This document shows positions 1 through 8,729 of a stretch of 64,000 nucleotides of DNA, in pieces (position 1 is the first letter of the stretch; every line of letters begins with the position of its first letter). A program made the translations under genes and the position numbers. Origin of the DNA: a virus; the IMG/VR virus record IMGVR_UViG_3300035669_000001, positions 1-64,000 of that record; one strand, 5' to 3'. The notes beneath the pieces were generated by a model. The model saw only the letters and a program-made list of their open reading frames with translations, was not told where the DNA came from and ran no database searches.

Positions 1-1
1 C

Positions 2-1354
2 TTCACCAAGCGCCGGGGCTACCTCAAGGCGCAGGGGAAGAAGGTCCCCTGGCCAGACGACTGGGACGCCGTGGACGCCGAGGACAAGGCCGAGATCGCC
101 GCCCTGGCCAAGAAGGAGGCCCTCTCTGGGTACGGGACGCACACCTGCGCCCTGGTGCTGGTGAACTCCCGGACCGAGCTTGAGTCGATGGTCCCGATGA
201 TGTGGGTGGCCTCCTCCAAGACCATGGTCACCCAGTACACCGGCAAGGTGATCGAGAGCATCGGGCTCATCAAGCTGGACCTGCTGGGGAGCAAGACGAT
301 GAGTGTGGTCAAGATGGCCTGCGACAACATCGGGATGACCCCGGCCGACCTGGACAAGATCCCCTTCAACTCCCCAGCGGTCTTCAGGATGATCTGTGAC
401 GGCGACACCGATGGCTTCTACCAGATGGAGGGGGCCACCACCAAGAAGGGCTGCAAGGAGGTCAAGCCCAAGAAGATCTCCGAGGTGATCGACATCATGG
501 CGCTGTTCCGGCCCGGGGTGATGAAGTCCGGTGCCGCCGACTCCTACATCGACCGGAAGTTCGGCCGGGAGGACCTGCCCAAGCGCCACGACCTGATCGC
601 CAGGCACACGGACTCCACCCGGGGCATCCTGCTCTACCAGGACCAGATCATCGCCATCCTGCGGGACCTGGGGATGGACCCGGACGACCTGACCCGGTTT
701 CTCAAGGCGGTCAAGGCGTCCAACAAGAACGTCACCGCCGCCAAGGTCGAGATCGACTACTACATGCCCATCGTGGAGCGGATGTGCCGGGACCGCGGGA
801 TGGGTACCGAGGACTGGGACTGGCTCCAGGGGGCCTTCACGGCCTTCGCGGAGTACTCCTTCAACGTGGCCCATGCCACCGTCTACGGGATCACCGCCTA
901 CCAGTGCGCCTACCTCGCGGTGCACTCCCCGGTGCATTTCCACGCCGCTCTGCTGGCCGTCGCGGCCGGTACCGACAAGGAGGTCCAGTACCTCCGGGTG
1001 ACCCGTCGTCGCAAGGTCAAGGTGAAGGGTCCCGACCTGAACGGCTCCGGTGCCGTCTACCGGGTGGACCCCACCGGCAGGTGGGTCCGGAAGGGCTTCC
1101 GGTCCATCGACGGCATCGGTCCCGGCACTGCTCCCGCGCTGGAACGCGGTCAGCCGTACATTGACTGGGAGGACTTCGTCACCAAGTCGATCGGGACGAG
1201 CATCGACGGGGTGAAGCCCTTCAAGAAGGGAAAGACGACGCCTGAGGAGCTGATAGGCACCGTCAAGGCCCTGTACGAGGCCGGGGCCTTCGAGGACTCA
1301 ATCGGCAACCCTCCGTTCGGAAGGAAAGAGAATGACACTGCTGCTGCTGTGTGA
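2..1354 (+). CDS. dnaE: DNA polymerase III alpha subunit (5'-truncated by window edge)
   Basis: Frame open from base 2; DnaE motifs KLDLLG, MALFRPG, GILLYQDQI, YSFNVAHATVYG, HhH-like GFRSIDGIG; no C-terminal OB fold visible. Confidence 0.93.
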   Translation, partial: FTKRRGYLKAQGKKVPWPDDWDAVDAEDKAEIAALAKKEALSGYGTHTCALVLVNSRTELESMVPMMWVASSKTMVTQYTGKVIESIGLIKLDLLGSKTMSVVKMACDNIGMTPADLDKIPFNSPAVFRMICDGDTDGFYQMEGATTKKGCKEVKPKKISEVIDIMALFRPGVMKSGAADSYIDRKFGREDLPKRHDLIARHTDSTRGILLYQDQIIAILRDLGMDPDDLTRFLKAVKASNKNVTAAKVEIDYYMPIVERMCRDRGMGTEDWDWLQGAFTAFAEYSFNVAHATVYGITAYQCAYLAVHSPVHFHAALLAVAAGTDKEVQYLRVTRRRKVKVKGPDLNGSGAVYRVDPTGRWVRKGFRSIDGIGPGTAPALERGQPYIDWEDFVTKSIGTSIDGVKPFKKGKTTPEELIGTVKALYEAGAFEDSIGNPPFGRKENDTAAAV

Positions 1355-1613
1355 CGTATGCAAGGGGGAGATCGAGGACAACACCTCGTCCTTCTCACTC
1401 GTGGTCCCGGCCAGGTACACCGACAACGGCGAGGCCTTGGGGATAGACGTCTGTGACGCTGCCTGTCTGCGGAACGTTGCGTTGTCCCTGGAAGGGCTGG
1501 ACGAGCCGGATACCCAGCCGGAGCTGATCCCTGACGCTGGTACCAGGCTGGACATCGGCCCCAACCCGCTGATGGCTATGGACGGCGTGGGCCAGGTGGA
1601 GATGCGCTCGTGA
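1332..1613 (+). CDS. Small Cys-containing hypothetical protein
   Basis: CDVC...DVCDAAC; overlaps neighbours as in a phage operon. Confidence 0.7.
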   Translation: MTLLLLCDVCKGEIEDNTSSFSLVVPARYTDNGEALGIDVCDAACLRNVALSLEGLDEPDTQPELIPDAGTRLDIGPNPLMAMDGVGQVEMRS

Positions 1614-2323
1614 CCCAGACCACCAACATCCCGTTCCGGGGCGGTCGGACGTGCATCTGCGTCGTTGTCTCACTGCCGCTGCTGGAGATGGTGCTGCTCA
1701 CCAAGGGCCTCCTCAACACCGAGATGGACATCTACCAGCTCGGCTACAACTCCGGCGGCGTCACGGCGTCCGCCGGCACTCACGACCTCGGTGGGAACAC
1801 CGACTGGGGTCAGTACTTCCAGGAGCAGATCGCGGTCGAGCGGTGGGCAGGCTGGACCACCCAGCGCCGCTACCCACCGAGCTTCAGCCCCCACGGCCAT
1901 GGCTGGCCGTGGAAGTGCCCCCACCTCTCCCGGGGTGGCAGGTCTCAAGCGGTCCAGTGGGCCAATCACACCAACGGCCTCGCCAACTACGGTCCCATCG
2001 AGGGTCCGTGGCCAGTCGTCAGCTGGCAACAAGGCGTCAAGAGAATGGAGAAGTACCTCATGGGATTCAAGGAAGACCTGGCTGACATGATCGATCGGCG
2101 AGTGTCAGCCTCACTGCCGGAGAAGATCTGGAACGCCGATGTGATCCCCAACCGCAGCATCGTCGGGGATCCCAAGAAGAACACGAACCTGGCGGCCAAG
2201 AACGCCATTGCCTTCCTGGGCGAGGACGCCAACAAGATCCCCGCCCTGGCCTCCAGGGTCACCAGTGTCGAGACGAAGCTCGACACCATCATCAAGCTGC
2301 TCGCCAAGCCACCGACCACCTGA
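1610..2323 (+). CDS. Endolysin, M15/LAS-type Zn peptidase
   Basis: SAGTHDLGGNTD and PHGH motifs typical of actinophage lysin peptidase domains; followed by holin-like gene. Confidence 0.75.
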   Translation: MTQTTNIPFRGGRTCICVVVSLPLLEMVLLTKGLLNTEMDIYQLGYNSGGVTASAGTHDLGGNTDWGQYFQEQIAVERWAGWTTQRRYPPSFSPHGHGWPWKCPHLSRGGRSQAVQWANHTNGLANYGPIEGPWPVVSWQQGVKRMEKYLMGFKEDLADMIDRRVSASLPEKIWNADVIPNRSIVGDPKKNTNLAAKNAIAFLGEDANKIPALASRVTSVETKLDTIIKLLAKPPTT

Positions 2324-2330
2324 GGAAGAC

Positions 2331-2753
2331 ATGGTCACCTACGAGATCGTCCTGAACGAGCGGGCCACCGCTCTGATCGTCGCCTACGCGGCCGCTATCG
2401 GCCTGCTCTACCCGGTGTTCCAGGCCATGCTGCAGAAGCCCTGGTGGAGCCCGCGTACCAAGGCCCTGCTGACCGTTGGCGGCGCCGTCGTCTTCGGCCT
2501 GGCCGGCTACCTGATCACCACCGACTTCGACTTCTCCGACCCCTCCAAGATCGTGCTCTGGCTGATCGGCCTCTACTCGGCCATCCAGCTGGGGTACCAG
2601 GCCCTGAAACGGCCGGTGCTGGACAAGGTGGAGCTGTCGGTCAACGGGAACTACCACGACTACCTGACCAAGAAGGGGCTACCTGTCGAGGGGGACCACA
2701 CGTCCATGGACCTCAGCGACGGGGACCTCAAGCCTCCACAGAACCTGTCTTGA
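2331..2753 (+). CDS. Holin
   Basis: ATG 2331 after GAGGAAG; three hydrophobic segments, LQKPWWSPRTKALL motif; adjacent to lysin. Confidence 0.75.
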   Translation: MVTYEIVLNERATALIVAYAAAIGLLYPVFQAMLQKPWWSPRTKALLTVGGAVVFGLAGYLITTDFDFSDPSKIVLWLIGLYSAIQLGYQALKRPVLDKVELSVNGNYHDYLTKKGLPVEGDHTSMDLSDGDLKPPQNLS

Positions 2754-3088
2754 CCGTCCATGACCTGGTGGTGGTTCGGTCGGACCGACACTGCGAGGCC
2801 ATGGTCAAGGTCAGGGGGATCTACACCCGCTGCGGGAAGTTCGCCGAGGACGTCCACCACCGGCTCACCAGGTCGCGTGGTGGAGACGTCCTCGACCGCG
2901 AGGGCGAGACCTACCACCTGATCAACCTGTGCCACAACCACCACATGTGGGTGCACGCCAACATCTCCGAGGCCACCCGGAGCGGGCTCTACCTGCTCGG
3001 TCAGGTCTTCATCGACGGAGGCCGGGTGCTCTACCTCGGTCCCGACCAGTACCTCTCACAGCGTTACGGAAGGAGTCTCAGTGCCTAA
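2750..3088 (+). CDS. HNH endonuclease
   Basis: RCEA-like CEA...RC...HHRLTRSRGG...NLCHNHHMWVH; TTG start overlapping holin stop. Confidence 0.8.
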   Translation: MTVHDLVVVRSDRHCEAMVKVRGIYTRCGKFAEDVHHRLTRSRGGDVLDREGETYHLINLCHNHHMWVHANISEATRSGLYLLGQVFIDGGRVLYLGPDQYLSQRYGRSLSA

Positions 3089-3857
3089 GTACGGGACGCT
3101 GGCCAAGGCCGCCGACACCTCGCGCAAGGTGCTGGACCTCTACGACGCCTACGTCCTCGGGCCGCGGAACCTCGCGAAGGAGGCCGAGGCGATCAGCTAC
3201 ATCCTCACCAAGAACCTGGAGAAGATCGAGACCGGGGAGCGGGACCGCACCCAGGCCTGGTCGGCGTCGTCCTCCGGAAGGTGCCTGCGCGAGCAGCAGT
3301 TCACCTTCCTCGGGATGCCCTCCAACCGCGGCGGCGTGGACCGGAAGAACATCTTCCTCAACGGCGACTACCTGCACCTGCGCTACCAGGTGGCCGGGCT
3401 GGTCGCCGGCTGGCTCACCGACGTCGAGGTCCCCCTCACCCACGAGGGGCTGGTCAAGGGCACGATGGATGGTGACCTGGTCTGGGGCGAGGTGCTGGAG
3501 CTCAAGAGCATCAATGACCGGGGCTACAAGCAGATCCTGGACCTCGGGCCGAAGGACGCCCACAAGGCCCAGGCCACCGCCTACATGCTCTGCAAGGGCT
3601 ACTCCACCACCAGGTTCGTCTACGAGAACAAGAACGACAACCAGAACTCCGAGTACGTCTTCGAGCTGACTGACGGCTGGGCCCTCAAGGTGCGTGAGGA
3701 GTGGGACCGGCTCAACGAGCTGACCGAGCAGCGGAAGCTCTCCCCGATGCTGCACGAGTGCATGAACCACCGGGGCTTCGACTGGAGGTACTGCGAGTTC
3801 TCCAAGATCTGTGAGGGGGCGAGATGGCCGAGGCGGCTCACCCTAGTATCCGACTGA
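3081..3857 (+). CDS. Cas4-like PD-(D/E)XK exonuclease
   Basis: SASSSGRCLR, GTMDG, LELKS, QATAYM, C-terminal C...YCEFSKIC. Confidence 0.85.
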   Translation: MPKYGTLAKAADTSRKVLDLYDAYVLGPRNLAKEAEAISYILTKNLEKIETGERDRTQAWSASSSGRCLREQQFTFLGMPSNRGGVDRKNIFLNGDYLHLRYQVAGLVAGWLTDVEVPLTHEGLVKGTMDGDLVWGEVLELKSINDRGYKQILDLGPKDAHKAQATAYMLCKGYSTTRFVYENKNDNQNSEYVFELTDGWALKVREEWDRLNELTEQRKLSPMLHECMNHRGFDWRYCEFSKICEGARWPRRLTLVSD

Positions 3858-4270
3858 GGCTGATCGACGAGGAGCTTCCCGACCTCGCCGCACCGGGGCA
3901 CATCCAGTACGGCCAGCGGGTCACTGACGTCCCCCTCCCGGTGGGGCTGGGGACCTACGACGAGCTGGTGGACGAGCTCCTGGGCTACGCCCACATCCTC
4001 AAGGGGCTGGCGGACGCACCGATGGCCTCGCCCTACCTGACGCTGATGGAGACCGCCACCGCCTACCTGGTGCGCGCGTACGAGATCGAGATGCTCATCT
4101 ACACCGGGGAGCACAACAAGACCCTGGAGAAGGAGTACTCCAACCTCCGCACCCGCCAGCTGCAGTCCTTCATCGACATGGCCAGGAAGATGGCCGACCT
4201 CGGCTCCCGGCGGCTGACCATGGAGCAGGTGCTGACCGAGCAGCGCAGGACCGAAGGGGAGCGGTGGTAG
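3824..4270 (+). CDS. Hypothetical helical protein
   Basis: High-GC3 ORF filling the gap between nuclease and RuvC. Confidence 0.65.
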   Translation: MAEAAHPSIRLRLIDEELPDLAAPGHIQYGQRVTDVPLPVGLGTYDELVDELLGYAHILKGLADAPMASPYLTLMETATAYLVRAYEIEMLIYTGEHNKTLEKEYSNLRTRQLQSFIDMARKMADLGSRRLTMEQVLTEQRRTEGERW

Positions 4271-4764
4271 TCGTCGGGATCGACTCGGCCCAGGACCGGG
4301 TGGACGCCGTGGCTATGGAGGAGGGCTGTTTCGTCCCCGGCCTGGCGGCGTTCACCATCGACCTGGCCAAGGTGAACAAGATGTACCCGCGAGGCCTGGT
4401 GCTCACCCGGATGCAGATGGCGGTGGCCTTCTGGCTCTCCGGGGTTTCTGAGGTGACGGAACAGGAACCCCAAGTTTTCATCGAGGAGTCCATCGTGATG
4501 CGTCACAACCTCAGAGTGGCCGTTCTGCTCGCGGAGACTGTGGGTATGCTGCTCGCGTTGCCTTATACCACCGAGGTGGTGCCGATCGACTCCTGGAAGA
4601 TGGCAGTGATCGGCAAGGGCGGTGTGGACAAAGAGACGGTGAAGCAGGGGATCATCCGCCGCCTACCGCAGACTGAGCAGATGTTCGGGAAGAGGCAGGA
4701 TCTGTTCGATGCCACAGGGGTTGCTATCTACGGAGCCGGAGTGCTACGACACCGTCCTCGATGA
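4264..4764 (+). CDS. ruvC: RuvC-like Holliday junction resolvase
   Basis: VVGIDS, VFIEE, WKMAVIGKGGVDKETV, DLFDATGVA. Confidence 0.85.
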   Translation: MVVVGIDSAQDRVDAVAMEEGCFVPGLAAFTIDLAKVNKMYPRGLVLTRMQMAVAFWLSGVSEVTEQEPQVFIEESIVMRHNLRVAVLLAETVGMLLALPYTTEVVPIDSWKMAVIGKGGVDKETVKQGIIRRLPQTEQMFGKRQDLFDATGVAIYGAGVLRHRPR

Positions 4765-5059
4765 CCCTTTCGAGATCCCCTGGCACAAGTCCGCAGCCTG
4801 TTACAACAAGGGCACCGAGCTGTACTTCCACGAGGGGCTGAAGAACGCCAAGCCGGTGGCGAGGCAGGCTAAGGCCCAGTGCATGTCGTGTCCGGTGCGC
4901 GACCTCTGCCTCCAGTCCTCTCTCGAGCACCGGGACCGTTACGGCATCTGGGGTGGTCTTACCCCCAGCGAGAGAGCCCGGCTGCTGTCCCGGATAGACG
5001 CCGGTGACCTGACCATAGACCAGGCGGTCTGGGCGGTGACCCATGTTCAGGCCGCTTGA
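4709..5059 (+). CDS. whiB: WhiB family transcription factor
   Basis: AAC...ELYF...AKAQCMSCPVRDLCL...YGIWGGLTPSER; start uncertain. Confidence 0.93.
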   Translation: MPQGLLSTEPECYDTVLDDPFEIPWHKSAACYNKGTELYFHEGLKNAKPVARQAKAQCMSCPVRDLCLQSSLEHRDRYGIWGGLTPSERARLLSRIDAGDLTIDQAVWAVTHVQAA

Positions 5060-5618
5060 GGAGCCGGAGTCCCTGGCTGACGAGAACACCGACATCCGCG
5101 AGATCATCTACCACTACCGGATGGCCGGGGAGACCCTGGCCTGGATCGCCGCGAAGCTGAACCTCAGCCTCAACCGAACCGCCACCTACATGCGGCAGTA
5201 CACCGTCGAGATGAGCAAGCACGTCAACCTGGAGGACCGCCAGAGCGTCGTCCAGATGGAGCTCGACCGCCTCGACCAGCTGCAGGCGTCCCACTGGGTG
5301 CCGGCCACGGAGTACCACGAGGTGGCGACGTTGGTCGGCAAGGGCGAGAGCGCCCACGTCGAGCTGGTGGAGGCCCCGCCGGACATCAACCACGCGAAGT
5401 TCGTCCTGGACCTGATGCGCCACCGGGCCAAGCTGCAGGGCCTGGAGCAGCTCAACCCGACCGACCAGAACGTCGTCCACCAGGTGCTCGTGGTGGGTGC
5501 CAGCCAGCAGGCCTTCCTGGAGGCGCTGCAGGCGGGCCAGCATCCCGCGTTGCCCAGCGGGCACCGGGATAATGATGTGGAAGGGGAAGCAGTCGAGGTA
5601 GAGGAGTTCACGACGTGA
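5043..5618 (+). CDS. HTH protein, probable terminase small subunit
   Basis: N-terminal HTH (RMAGETLAWIAAKLNLS), ELDRLDQLQ..W and RAKLQGLE segments resembling actinophage TerS-like proteins. Confidence 0.55.
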   Translation: MFRPLEEPESLADENTDIREIIYHYRMAGETLAWIAAKLNLSLNRTATYMRQYTVEMSKHVNLEDRQSVVQMELDRLDQLQASHWVPATEYHEVATLVGKGESAHVELVEAPPDINHAKFVLDLMRHRAKLQGLEQLNPTDQNVVHQVLVVGASQQAFLEALQAGQHPALPSGHRDNDVEGEAVEVEEFTT

Positions 5619-6013
5619 GTGCGGCGAAGGTGGACTTCGACATCTACGAGGGCGAGGACTGGGCCGTCCAGCTGTGGTGGACCAACGGCGACAACGTGCC
5701 CTACTTCGTGGCCCCGCCGATCCGGATGGAGATCCGCAACAGCGTCGGCGGCGTGGTCATCACCCTGCAGTCCAACGAGACCTCCACCGACTTCGACTCC
5801 GACCCGGACAACCAGTCGATCCTCTACAACTCCGAGTCCGGGCTGATCCAGCTGCACATCAAGTCAGAGGACACCGACAAGCTCGGTGCCAGTGGCGCCT
5901 ACCTTTACGACCTGTTCACCCACTACCGTGACCCGGTCACCGGCAAGGTCCGCAAGCGCCCCCTGATAACCGGCAAGGTCAACGTCACGCGGAGGGTCAC
6001 CCAGAATGTCTAA
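5615..6013 (+). CDS. Virion structural protein (baseplate/fibre adaptor-like beta-sandwich)
   Basis: DIYEGEDW...MEIR...GLIQLHI...T..L...YLYDL...LITGKVNV pattern. Confidence 0.6.
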   Translation: MSAAKVDFDIYEGEDWAVQLWWTNGDNVPYFVAPPIRMEIRNSVGGVVITLQSNETSTDFDSDPDNQSILYNSESGLIQLHIKSEDTDKLGASGAYLYDLFTHYRDPVTGKVRKRPLITGKVNVTRRVTQNV

Positions 6014-6707
6014 CAGCGTCACGCGGCTGAGCTCCGGGGACATCATCCACGTCCGCGAGGGCGCCCTGGCCGGCATCGGCCCGGCCGGTCCCACGGGTCC
6101 CTCGGGTCCCCAGGGTCAGGAGGGCGAGCCCGGGCCCCAGGGCATCCCCGGTCCCACCGGCCAGATCGACGACTTCTACACCCGGGCGCACAACACCGGG
6201 AACTCCCTCAGCGTGGCCACCGGCACCTCCACCCTGGTCTCCTACCCCACGGTGGTCAAGGACGAGCCGTCCCTGGTCTCCTCGCTGACCAACTTCACCC
6301 TGCCCATCGGGCTGTGGCTGGTGCGGGTGGCGGTGACCTTCACCAAGCCCGGCTCGGCCAACGCGGCCGGCTGGCGCCGGGTCTCGCTGGTCTACGACAC
6401 CGTCGAGGTGGAGGCGACCACCCAGAACGCCATCCCCGACCTGGACACCCAGTTCGCCCTGACCGGCCTGATAGAGGCCGTGGCAGCAGGCAGGGTGCTG
6501 TCGGCGCGTGTGCAGCACTCGGACTCGGTGGCCATCGCCGTCGTCTCCAGCATCTACATCACCAGGCTCGGTCCCGGGCCGTCTGGCCCGGCTGGGCCGC
6601 AGGGACCCGCAGGTCCTCCCGGACAGACCGGTCCCACCGGACCGCAGGGACCTCCCGGCTCCCTGGTGAACAACACCACCACCTACGCATCCATCGGAGG
6701 CAGCTGA
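6006..6707 (+). CDS. Collagen-like minor tail protein
   Basis: Two Gly-X-Y runs flanking a beta-rich (C1q/TNF-like) domain. Confidence 0.8.
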   Translation: MSNSVTRLSSGDIIHVREGALAGIGPAGPTGPSGPQGQEGEPGPQGIPGPTGQIDDFYTRAHNTGNSLSVATGTSTLVSYPTVVKDEPSLVSSLTNFTLPIGLWLVRVAVTFTKPGSANAAGWRRVSLVYDTVEVEATTQNAIPDLDTQFALTGLIEAVAAGRVLSARVQHSDSVAIAVVSSIYITRLGPGPSGPAGPQGPAGPPGQTGPTGPQGPPGSLVNNTTTYASIGGS

Positions 6708-7063
6708 TGAGCACTCGGCTCGTGCAGCGTCCCACCAGCGACCTTCCTGCCTGGTACGTGTCCACCGTCCTGCGGCGTGGCAGCACAGAGGTGGAGTTCA
6801 CCGGCAGCGGTGCGCCGTCACAGATGCCCTGCTACGGCCGGGTCGGGCTGGTCGCCTGGACCTTCGCGGTGACCGGGACGGTGCCTCCCACCGGTGAGTG
6901 GACGTTGGACTGCCCGATCCTGTCCGAGATCCCTAGCCAGGCACTGGGTCTACTGATCCAGGAGGCGACCATGGTCCCCCTGCACATCTCCGGCGGGATC
7001 GTCGCCATCCCCGCTCTGGACCCGACCAAGCCGTTCGGCATCCAAGGGATGGTGGCGCTGTGA
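6707..7063 (+). CDS. Hypothetical (tail cluster)
   Basis: ATG 6707 coupled TGATG to previous stop. Confidence 0.65.
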   Translation: MSTRLVQRPTSDLPAWYVSTVLRRGSTEVEFTGSGAPSQMPCYGRVGLVAWTFAVTGTVPPTGEWTLDCPILSEIPSQALGLLIQEATMVPLHISGGIVAIPALDPTKPFGIQGMVAL

Positions 7064-7395
7064 GCTTCCTCAAGACACCGATCAACGCCTGGGACGTCCC
7101 GGACGCCTCGGAGAACATCAACCGCGGTGCGCTGCACGTCCGGACGCTGGGGTACGAGGCCGAGCAGTTCACGGTCATGCGGTTCGCCAACATGGCCACC
7201 CTGCTGGCGAAGCTGGTGGGCGACAACGCTCCCAAGGACGGGATGGTCGCCTTCGTCGACGACGTCGACCAGCTGCTGTTGTACGCCGGCGGTGCCTGGC
7301 ACCGCGTCTACCCCACGGAACGGATGATCTACTCGGGAACGACCACCCCGGCAGCCTCGCTGGGCACGGTCGGCGACCTCTACTACCAGTTCTGA
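7060..7395 (+). CDS. Minor tail protein
   Basis: MRFAN...PKDGMVAFV...LLLYAGGAW and IYSGTTTP...GTVGDLYYQ motifs common in tail fibres. Confidence 0.7.
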   Translation: MSFLKTPINAWDVPDASENINRGALHVRTLGYEAEQFTVMRFANMATLLAKLVGDNAPKDGMVAFVDDVDQLLLYAGGAWHRVYPTERMIYSGTTTPAASLGTVGDLYYQF

Positions 7396-7399
7396 GCCC

Positions 7400-8419
7400 A
7401 TGGGAAAGCATCTGGTCAAGGACGAGACCGGGGTATGGCGCGACGCCCTGCCCTACATCCGCACGGCTGCTGGCTGGGCCCGGGTCAAGATCGGGTACCG
7501 CAAGACCAGCCCCACCGTCTGGACGCAGTTCTTCGTCCTCGACCTGACCATCCCGGCGGTCCCGGTGGTGACCTCCATCACCAGGGACGGCGCGCGGCTG
7601 AAGATCACCATCACGGCCCCGGCGAGCACCGACGTCAAGAGCCTCCGGGTCAAGGTGGGCAAGCGGATCGCCACCAACCTGGAGGTGGACTCCGACTACA
7701 TCACCACCGCCGACGCCAACGACCCGGCCTGGAGCGAGTGGCAGGTCACCCCCAACCAGGTGCGGACGAAGTACTACCCGGTGGCCGGCACGCTGACCAA
7801 CGGCGCCACCTACTACGTGACCGCCTGGGCGCAGGACGCCTCCCGGAACTTCAGCCCGCCAGCGGTGGCGAGCTTCAAGTACACCGAGCCGGTGGTCCCG
7901 GTGCCGGTCAAGAAGACCGCCTACGTCACCACCGTGGACACCACCACCTTCCGGCGGGTGCAGAACACCTACTACCGCGCCGACAAGCTGATGCGCCTCG
8001 GCAGCGTGAACGAGCTGGTCGGCCTGGCCTACTACTCGAACAAGATCGCCGCCACCTTGAAGAACGCCAAGCGGCTCACCCTGGTCAAGATCGGCCTGCA
8101 GCGCACCAACACCGACTACGTCGGCGCCGGGCAGTTCCGGCTGCTCGCTCACACCCAGACCGGCTACTCGGCGGTGGACATCGACACCGGCGGCCGGGTG
8201 GTGTTCTCCGATCCGGTCTGGCACACCCTCAACCGGGGGCAGTCGGCCTCTGTCGTGATCCCCGAGGCGTGGTACCCGGCGATCCTCGCGGGCAAGGTCA
8301 AGGGCTTCGGGCTGTACTCCCAGGTCTCCACCGGGATCGACACCATCGACCCCTACGCGGTGACGTTCCACGGTTTCGGCACAACCTCGGGCCGGGTCTA
8401 TCTCGAGTACGAGGAGTAG
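7400..8419 (+). CDS. Minor tail protein (FN3-like plus C-terminal domain)
   Basis: LTNGATYYVTAWAQD..RNFS FN3-like signature. Confidence 0.7.
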   Translation: MGKHLVKDETGVWRDALPYIRTAAGWARVKIGYRKTSPTVWTQFFVLDLTIPAVPVVTSITRDGARLKITITAPASTDVKSLRVKVGKRIATNLEVDSDYITTADANDPAWSEWQVTPNQVRTKYYPVAGTLTNGATYYVTAWAQDASRNFSPPAVASFKYTEPVVPVPVKKTAYVTTVDTTTFRRVQNTYYRADKLMRLGSVNELVGLAYYSNKIAATLKNAKRLTLVKIGLQRTNTDYVGAGQFRLLAHTQTGYSAVDIDTGGRVVFSDPVWHTLNRGQSASVVIPEAWYPAILAGKVKGFGLYSQVSTGIDTIDPYAVTFHGFGTTSGRVYLEYEE

Positions 8420-8423
8420 TTCC

Positions 8424-8729
8424 GTGATGACGGTCAGCGGACACATCCTCGGCGTCCGGAAGCTGTTCTTCCGTCCCTCGGTGACTGAGTTCCGCGACGA
8501 CCTGGGCAGGGTGTTCTTCACCAACAGCATCGTCGTCGAGCCGGACTCCAAGAGCTGGTTCTCGGTCGACCTGTTCGACGGCGAGGAGGTTCGCGACCCG
8601 CGCGGGTTGCCCTGGCGGTGGATCTGCACCGAGCACGTCAGCCGGGTCCAGGAGTTCAAGTTCGCCTTCGCCCCACGTCCGGGAGGATGGGACTACGCGC
8701 TGCTGCGTCCGATCGGAGGCGGGTTGTGA
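8424..8729 (+). CDS. Hypothetical (tail cluster)
   Basis: ORF with SD; coupled to the next gene. Confidence 0.6.
   Translation: MMTVSGHILGVRKLFFRPSVTEFRDDLGRVFFTNSIVVEPDSKSWFSVDLFDGEEVRDPRGLPWRWICTEHVSRVQEFKFAFAPRPGGWDYALLRPIGGGL

Noticed and set aside
2-1354. DnaE lacking the C-terminal OB domain as a pseudogene or intein-split gene
   Set aside because: The frame is intact with normal codon bias, shortened DnaEs occur in phages, and no intein motifs are visible.
3081-3857. Cas4-like gene as evidence of a CRISPR system
   Set aside because: No repeat-spacer array or other cas genes seen; solo Cas4-like nucleases are common in actinophages.
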